64,000 bases of DNA from a virus (taxonomy: Duplodnaviria; Caudoviricetes), in the IMG/VR virus record IMGVR_UViG_3300046792_000244, positions 1,090 through 65,089 of that record. One strand, written 5' to 3'. The stretch's first letter is position 1; every line of letters begins with the position of its first letter. The position numbers and the translations under genes were made by a program. Shown piece after piece: positions 58,276-64,000 of the stretch. Below the pieces are notes generated by a model, which saw only the letters and a list, made by a program, of their open reading frames with translations, was not told the origin of the DNA and did not search any database.

Positions 58276-58776
58276 TCAGTGCTTCGGCTTGAAGGTGTGG
58301 TCGTACACCTTGACGGCTTCGGCGAGGTCGGCGATGAACCGCTTCGCCTTCAACTTCGCCAGCGCGTCTTCTGGCTTCTTCGCTACGAGGTCGCGTTGTG
58401 CCTGCGTCACCGTCTTGGTGGCGCCGTAGGTGCCGTCGAGCTTCTCGAAGACGATGCGGGTCTTCAGGTCTTTCTTCACCGCGCGCTCGACCAGCCACGC
58501 GTTGAAGAGGTCGCCGATCAGCATGTCGGCGTTCTGCTCAAGCGTGGTGCCGAAGCACTCGACGGGCGGCAGCGTCTTGGCGTAGGCGTTGATGCGCTTC
58601 TCCACATCCCAGTCGCTGTAGCGGTCGGGGCCGCCGTGCCCGTCGTTGCTGACCTCGCAGGCCTTCTTGCCGTCGATGTAGACGACAGCCGCGAAGGCGT
58701 TGGTCTCTTCGCTCAGTCGAGCGCAAAACGTGACGTTGCGGAGTTCGATCTTCATGGTGGCGGTTGCAGTGTTCAT
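58276..58776 (-). CDS. Hypothetical early protein
   Basis: LSEETNAF..NDGHGG motif; AAGGAAG RBS. Confidence 0.65.
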   Translation of the reverse strand: MNTATATMKIELRNVTFCARLSEETNAFAAVVYIDGKKACEVSNDGHGGPDRYSDWDVEKRINAYAKTLPPVECFGTTLEQNADMLIGDLFNAWLVERAVKKDLKTRIVFEKLDGTYGATKTVTQAQRDLVAKKPEDALAKLKAKRFIADLAEAVKVYDHTFKPKH

Positions 58777-58819
58777 GGTCGTGCTTCCTTGTCGTGGGTT
58801 TGTTGTGGTGGGTGAGTGA

Positions 58820-59062
58820 TCAGAGGTAGAGGGCGGCGGCGGCGTTGAAGCCGATCCAGTTGCCCGCCTTGTCGAAGCCGCGACCGGCCAGCAGTTGCGC
58901 GGCGACCTTCTTGGCATCGACCCGGCCTTCGAGGATGGCGAGCAGCGCGTGGTGCCCGAGCAGTTGGCAGGTGCCTTCGACTTCCTCGGCGACATCGGCC
59001 GCGCTCTTCGCGGGGATGTACGGCGTGGCCTTTTTGGCGGTGCGGGTGGTGGTGGTGTTCAT
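58820..59062 (-). CDS. Hypothetical protein, first gene of leftward arm
   Basis: AAGGAAG RBS, downstream of leftward promoter. Confidence 0.65.
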   Translation of the reverse strand: MNTTTTRTAKKATPYIPAKSAADVAEEVEGTCQLLGHHALLAILEGRVDAKKVAAQLLAGRGFDKAGNWIGFNAAAALYL

Positions 59063-59093
59063 CTCGTCTTCCTTGTCTGTCGTTGTTCGATGC

Positions 59094-59128
59094 CTTCACT
59101 CTATCCGTTCGACAACACTTGTCAAGCA
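59094..59128 (-). promoter_or_regulatory. Leftward sigma70-like promoter
   Basis: TTGACA (59125-59120), 16-nt spacer, TAGAGT. Confidence 0.7.
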
Positions 59129-59183
59129 AAAGAATGCCGACTTTTTCACGATCCCCCATTCAGGTGGTGGCATGTGTTGCCAT

Positions 59184-59215
59184 TGCTTGACAAACGAGGC
59201 AGTGAAGGGCAGCAT
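59184..59215 (+). promoter_or_regulatory. Rightward sigma70-like promoter
   Basis: TTGACA (59187-59192), 17-nt spacer, weak -10 CAGCAT. Confidence 0.5.
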
Positions 59216-59223
59216 CCGCAGCC

Positions 59224-59469
59224 ATGAAACCTCAAACCCTCAAAAACTGGTGCAAAGCGCGGCGTGGCCGAGCTGCTGCGCTTTCCATCCAACTCGGTTG
59301 CTCGCGCGAGTTCGTGCGGCAGATTTCAGTCGGCGAGCGGTCGATCTCGACCCACATGCTGAAACTGCTGCCGGCTGCCATTAAGTGCTGCGAAGCAATC
59401 GAGGCGCGAACGCTCAAGGCGTCGATGACGCGCATTGAAGGCAACATGCCGACCGCGGTGCGTCGATGA
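59224..59469 (+). CDS. Cro-like HTH regulator
   Basis: RGRAAALSIQLGCSREFVRQISVGERSI; first gene after divergent promoter. Confidence 0.7.
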   Translation: MKPQTLKNWCKARRGRAAALSIQLGCSREFVRQISVGERSISTHMLKLLPAAIKCCEAIEARTLKASMTRIEGNMPTAVRR

Positions 59470-59765
59470 TGCTTAGCCAGGAGCCGCGCGTTCTCGCGCT
59501 CTTCGCCAGCGGTTTCCGCGGCACGTGCAGCACCGCCGCCGTGCAACTTCGGATGGCAAAGCCGACGATCTACAAGCATGTGCGCGCGCTGGAATCGCGC
59601 GGCATCGTCACCGTCGTCGATACCTGCGGAGACGCCGACATCTGGGCGCTTACGCGCGGCGGTGACGCCGACGTCGTACGTTCCGATGAAAACGTCGGCA
59701 TGGTGGCACGCGCGCTCGCGTCTCGGCCTGCTCTGCACCTCTGGGCAATCGGTGAACTTCGATGA
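59466..59765 (+). CDS. Winged-HTH protein
   Basis: TAAVQLRMAKPTIYKHVRALESRGIV. Confidence 0.7.
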   Translation: MMLSQEPRVLALFASGFRGTCSTAAVQLRMAKPTIYKHVRALESRGIVTVVDTCGDADIWALTRGGDADVVRSDENVGMVARALASRPALHLWAIGELR

Positions 59766-61522
59766 CTACGACGATCTTGACCGGTGATTGCCGGGCTGTG
59801 CTCGCTACCATGGCCAGCGAGTCGATCGACTGCTGTGTGACTAGCCCACCGTACTACGGTTTGCGTTCGTATCTACCGGAAGGTCACCCGGACAAGGCGC
59901 TTGAGATCGGCAGCGAAGCCACGGTAGAGGAATGGGTGCAGGTGATGGTCGAGGTGTTCCGCGAAGTGCGGCGCGTCTTGAAACCGCAAGGCACCATCTT
60001 TCTGAACCTCGGCGACTCATACGCGGGTACGCGTGGCGCTGTGGCATCGTGGCCATCGGCTTCCTCGATCGAAGCGCGCGACATGGTTGCAAGTCGGCGT
60101 CGTGACAATGAGCCTATACCTCGCAGCGACACCAAGCAGCGCAACTACAAGCCGAAAGACATGCTCGGGCAACCCTGGCTCGTGGCGAAAGCGCTGCAAC
60201 AGCCGTACTACACCGGCAAGATTCGTAGCGAGGCCGACCGCGTATGGCTCGCCGCGATCATCGACGGCGAGGGGTGCTTCTTCATTCACAAGCGCAAGGC
60301 TGGCGGTTTGACGGGCTCGAAGTTCACGCGATCCGATGGTGAGGAAGTCAACTATGCGCGCACCGCTGATACGTTCGGCGTCGGTCTGGAAATCTGCAAC
60401 ACAAACAAAGCCATCATCGACCGCGTGCAGGCTATCGTAGGGGCCGGCAGCGTTAACACTCAAGGCCCTGAGCAGAACAACCGACGCAAGCAGATGATTT
60501 ACCGTTGGCGCGTGTCGCCGAATGAGGCGAAGCGTGTGGCCCAGGAGTGCTACCCGCATCTTGTCGGCAAACAACACCAAGCGCGTTTGCTCTTCAATTG
60601 CCCATCAGCGGGTCAGGCTGGCGCAGCTGCTCATCAGGCCATGATGGATTTGCACAACGGCGTCGCCACTGCTGTCGATTACCCGCCGCCGCCTTCACTC
60701 TATGAGCCGGGCTTCTACCTGCGCCAAGAAATCATATGGGCGAAAAAAAACCCAATGCCGGAAAGCGCACGCGACAGGTTCACGAAGGCGCACGAGCACA
60801 TCTTCTTGCTGTCGAAGTCGGAGCGCTACTACTTCAATTTCAAAGCCGTGCAGGAACCCGTGAGCGGCACCGCGAATGCTCGACGTGCCCTTCCCGACCC
60901 GAGCGGATGGGCACGCGGCAACGTGCATACGCCGGCAGCACACCAGACGGCGAAGCAACATCGCAAGACGAACAACGGCGTAGGCTTCGGTCACGGCTTT
61001 GATGCGCAGCCAAAGCCGCGCACGGTGGGCGTGAACCCGAAGGCAGCGATGGCCGGCCGCAACGACAGCGCATACACCGATGGCAAGAGCGAGTCGCTGG
61101 GTCGTGGGCCAGGCTGGCGGGTCAAGCAAAACGGCAGCATGAGCGAAGCCATCAGCGGCGCCCTGGTCGAGACACGCAACCCACGCACGGTGCAAGACAT
61201 CGACGAAGACGAGTGGCTGCAGTTTCTCGCCTGGAAGGCTGAGCAGCAGGTGGCACCCGATGTGTGGAACATCCCGACGCACCCATTCAAGGGCGCGCAC
61301 TTCGCCACCTTCCCGCCGGCGCTTGCCCGCAAATGCCTGCAGGCCGGGTGCCCGCCCGGCGGCCGCGTGCTCGACCCCTTCGGCGGCAGCGGCACCGTGG
61401 GCCTCGAAGCCGATCGGCTGCAGATGGACGCCGTGCTCATCGACCTCGACGCCCGCAACGAACCGATGGCGCGCGATCGCATCGAGGGCGACGGTTCACT
61501 TTTCGCCGAGGTGCAGTCATGA
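59762..61522 (+). CDS. DNA amino-methyltransferase (SPPY, probably N4-cytosine) with in-frame LAGLIDADG insert
   Basis: CVTSPPY, IIWAK.NPMPES, HFATFP, DPFGGSGT; insert contains WLAAIIDGEGCF. Confidence 0.9.
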   Translation: MTTTILTGDCRAVLATMASESIDCCVTSPPYYGLRSYLPEGHPDKALEIGSEATVEEWVQVMVEVFREVRRVLKPQGTIFLNLGDSYAGTRGAVASWPSASSIEARDMVASRRRDNEPIPRSDTKQRNYKPKDMLGQPWLVAKALQQPYYTGKIRSEADRVWLAAIIDGEGCFFIHKRKAGGLTGSKFTRSDGEEVNYARTADTFGVGLEICNTNKAIIDRVQAIVGAGSVNTQGPEQNNRRKQMIYRWRVSPNEAKRVAQECYPHLVGKQHQARLLFNCPSAGQAGAAAHQAMMDLHNGVATAVDYPPPPSLYEPGFYLRQEIIWAKKNPMPESARDRFTKAHEHIFLLSKSERYYFNFKAVQEPVSGTANARRALPDPSGWARGNVHTPAAHQTAKQHRKTNNGVGFGHGFDAQPKPRTVGVNPKAAMAGRNDSAYTDGKSESLGRGPGWRVKQNGSMSEAISGALVETRNPRTVQDIDEDEWLQFLAWKAEQQVAPDVWNIPTHPFKGAHFATFPPALARKCLQAGCPPGGRVLDPFGGSGTVGLEADRLQMDAVLIDLDARNEPMARDRIEGDGSLFAEVQS

Positions 61523-61797
61523 CGCCGAAACGACCCGAGGGTGGCTGGCCATGGGAAGGCCGGCCGGGATTCTTCACCGAGCTCATGCGCGAGCACGACT
61601 GGCCACCGGGTTTCAAACCGACCCAGCTGGGCTTTCGTGAGCTCGACGACTTCACGCGCAGCCGCACGGCGGCCGCAGCACGCGACGTGCAGCTGTCGAA
61701 CGGCCACACGGGCAGCATCGCCAACATGAGCCGGAAGGCAAACGAGCGCCTCGAGGCGACGCGCGACGCGGCCATCCGGCGAGCGAAGAAGCCATGA
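61519..61797 (+). CDS. Hypothetical protein
   Basis: ATGA-coupled on both sides. Confidence 0.55.
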   Translation: MTPKRPEGGWPWEGRPGFFTELMREHDWPPGFKPTQLGFRELDDFTRSRTAAAARDVQLSNGHTGSIANMSRKANERLEATRDAAIRRAKKP

Positions 61798-62903
61798 GCA
61801 TCAAACACGTCGTCAGCGTCAGCGGTGGCAAAGACAGCGCGGCGACGCTGCTGATTGCCCTGCATCGTTTCGGCCACGCCCGTGTGGTTCCCATCTTCTG
61901 CGACACCGGGAACGAACACGAGCAAACCTACGAGTACCTGGGATACCTCGAAAGCGCCCTCGGCGTCGTGATCACGCGACTGCGCGCCGACTTCAGCGAG
62001 CAACTCATCGGCAAGCGCATGTTCATTGCACGCGATGTACGGAAAGCACGCGAATACAAGCGCGTGCCGAAGACCGATCGCAACGGCCAGCCCGTGTGGA
62101 AGCGCGACAAGCTCGGCGAGATCGTCAAGGAACCCGTGTATGAACTCGACGCCGACGGCAAGCCCACCGAGGTCGTCAAGGAATGGCGTCAGGTGCAACG
62201 CATGGGCTGGGATGCTGGCCGCAAGGTGAAGTGGTCGAACAAGGCGAAGCGGCGCGCGCTGTCGGTGATGCAACCGAGCGGAAACCCGTTCCTCGACTTG
62301 TGCATGTGGAAGGGCCGGTTCCCGTCACGCAAGGCGCAGTTCTGCACCGAAGAGCTCAAGACGAACATGGCCGTCGAGTTCCAACTGGCCCTGATCGAGC
62401 AAGGCCACAAGGTCGTCAGCTGGCAGGGCGTGCGCCGCGATGAATCGTTCAACCGGCGCAACGTGCTGAAGTTTGAGGCTATCGGTGGCGGCATGTTTTG
62501 CTTTCGCCCGATAGCCGATTGGTCGGCCGCTGATGTCTTCGCCTTCTGTGCACTGCACGGCCTCAAGCCGAACCCGCTCTACCTGCAAGACATGACGCGC
62601 GTCGGCTGCATGCCGTGCATCAACGTGAACAAGCCCGAGCTCAAACAGATCGCGCTGCGCTTCGGCGAACACCTCGTGCGCATCAGCGACTGGGAATGGA
62701 AGGTCAGCATGGCGAGCAAGCGCGGCTTCTCGACGTTCATGGCCGATGCTCACGCAGCGAAAGACCGGCGCGTCATCTTCGCCGAGCTCAACATCTGGGA
62801 ACGCGTGCGCTGGGCCAATACCTCGCGCGGCGGCCGTCAGTTCAGCCTCATCCCGGAAGAAGAGTCGAAGGCGTGCTCGAGCGCCTACGGCTTGTGCGAG
62901 TGA
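61794..62903 (+). CDS. PAPS reductase-family protein (phage type)
   Basis: VSVSGGKDS PP-loop, DTGNEH, FCTEELK, GVRRDES..R, NPLY..RVGCMPC. Confidence 0.88.
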   Translation: MSIKHVVSVSGGKDSAATLLIALHRFGHARVVPIFCDTGNEHEQTYEYLGYLESALGVVITRLRADFSEQLIGKRMFIARDVRKAREYKRVPKTDRNGQPVWKRDKLGEIVKEPVYELDADGKPTEVVKEWRQVQRMGWDAGRKVKWSNKAKRRALSVMQPSGNPFLDLCMWKGRFPSRKAQFCTEELKTNMAVEFQLALIEQGHKVVSWQGVRRDESFNRRNVLKFEAIGGGMFCFRPIADWSAADVFAFCALHGLKPNPLYLQDMTRVGCMPCINVNKPELKQIALRFGEHLVRISDWEWKVSMASKRGFSTFMADAHAAKDRRVIFAELNIWERVRWANTSRGGRQFSLIPEEESKACSSAYGLCE

Positions 62904-62907
62904 CGAC

Positions 62908-63651
62908 ATGCGCTTCTTCACCGGCCTGCATCAGCCCAGCGATGCCAAGCACTTCGGTGCCGCCTTCGTGAGCGTCAACCGCCTGCGCACACGCAAGGGG
63001 CCGTTCGCTGTCGGCGACTGGATCATGGACAGCGGCGCCTTTACCGAAATCAGCACCCACGGCTACTACCGCACAGGCGTCGGTGAATACGCCGCGCAGA
63101 TCCGGCGGTGGGCGTCGAATGGCAACCTCCTGGCGGCCGTCTCGCAGGATTTCATGTGCGAGCCGTTCATCGTCGAGAAGACCGGCCTGAGCGTGACAGA
63201 GCACCAGATACGAACGGTGAGCCGCTACGTCGAACTGCTGGCCGAGCAGACGGGCGTCTACATCATGCCGGTGCTGCAGGGCTACGCGCCCGCCGACTAT
63301 GTGGAGCACCTGAAGATGTACGGCAGCATCCTCGCGCCTGGCGCGTGGGTGGGCGTCGGCTCGGTGTGCAAGCGCAACGGCGACCCCGGCGCCATCGCCG
63401 CCGTGCTGCTCGCCATCAAGCAGGCGCGGCCCGACCTGCGGCTGCATGGCTTCGGCCTCAAGACCACCGCCCTCGCTGACCCGCTCGTGACAAGTCTGCT
63501 CGAGACTGCCGACAGCATGGCGTGGAGCTTCCACGCGCGCATCAACGGCCGCAACGGCAACGACTGGCGCGAGGCCGAGCGGTGGGCGGCGAATATCGAG
63601 CGTCGCCCGCGTCAGCACGTTTTCAACTTTCTTCCCGAGGTCAAGCCGTGA
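62908..63651 (+). CDS. DpdA-like/TGT-fold deazapurine DNA modification protein
   Basis: DSGAF, QDFMCEP, PVLQG, VGVGSVC, LHGFG, ADSMAW motifs of TGT-like proteins. Confidence 0.7.
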   Translation: MRFFTGLHQPSDAKHFGAAFVSVNRLRTRKGPFAVGDWIMDSGAFTEISTHGYYRTGVGEYAAQIRRWASNGNLLAAVSQDFMCEPFIVEKTGLSVTEHQIRTVSRYVELLAEQTGVYIMPVLQGYAPADYVEHLKMYGSILAPGAWVGVGSVCKRNGDPGAIAAVLLAIKQARPDLRLHGFGLKTTALADPLVTSLLETADSMAWSFHARINGRNGNDWREAERWAANIERRPRQHVFNFLPEVKP

Positions 63652-63800
63652 TGCTGTTCCTGAAACCGAAGGGGCCCGGCAACTGGCGCACCACCGTGAT
63701 GTCGATCGAGGGCGCGCACCTGCAGCCGCTCTATGTTCGCGTCGGCCATTGCTTCGATCTTGGCGGCGTCGTCTTCCGCATCTGTCGGGTCGAGCCATGA
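63651..63800 (+). CDS. Small hypothetical protein
   Basis: TGATG coupling with upstream gene. Confidence 0.5.
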   Translation: MLFLKPKGPGNWRTTVMSIEGAHLQPLYVRVGHCFDLGGVVFRICRVEP

Positions 63801-64000
63801 CGCTGGTGCCGTACCGCCGCAGCTCTGCGAAGGACGGCCCGCGCTACTAGGGAATCGGCAACTCGTGGGCGACCACCGTGGCGCTCTGGGTCGGCCAGCG
63901 CATCGCCGGCAAAATGCACAAAGGTGAGTATGGCCTGGACTGAAGCCACCATCGTGCACACGCTGGCGAGAAACACCTTCAAGGCCGGCCTGGTGCTGGT

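Noticed and set aside
60203-60709. Canonical intein or group I intron in the methylase
   Set aside because: No splice-junction residues, no Hint blocks and no non-coding intron core; reported as a bare LAGLIDADG insert instead

Overview
The window is most of a GC-rich tailed phage genome with siphovirus-type tail genes. A betaproteobacterial host is my inference. Layout: replication/resolvase (1-3.2 kb); ParB-methylase, terminase, portal, a block of putative head fibres/decorations, head and tail genes, and lysis (3.3-35.9 kb, + strand); a long leftward arm (35.9-59.1 kb, - strand); a divergent promoter region; then Cro-like and DNA-modification genes (59.2-64 kb, +). I recognised no integrase, CI-type repressor, tRNA or CRISPR array. 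Main finding: the leftward arm carries a near-complete acyl-aminosugar glycosylation system interleaved with small phage ORFs. It comprises an HMW1C-like (GT41) protein N-glycosyltransferase, RmlB dehydratase, DegT/VioA aminotransferase, NeuD/VioB-type acyltransferase, ACP, FabH, FabG-like SDR and a Rieske oxygenase. Predicted surface-exposed virion proteins carry many N-X-S/T sequons while internal ones carry few, which suggests phage-encoded N-glycosylation of the virion. Other points: a structured intergenic RNA with 13-nt complementarity to the RBS of the first leftward gene, a LAGLIDADG domain inserted in-frame in a DNA methylase without intein motifs, a tail hub gene split by a duplicated beta-rich module, and a DpdA-like plus PAPS-reductase-like pair. 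All family calls come from motif recognition by eye; no searches were run.
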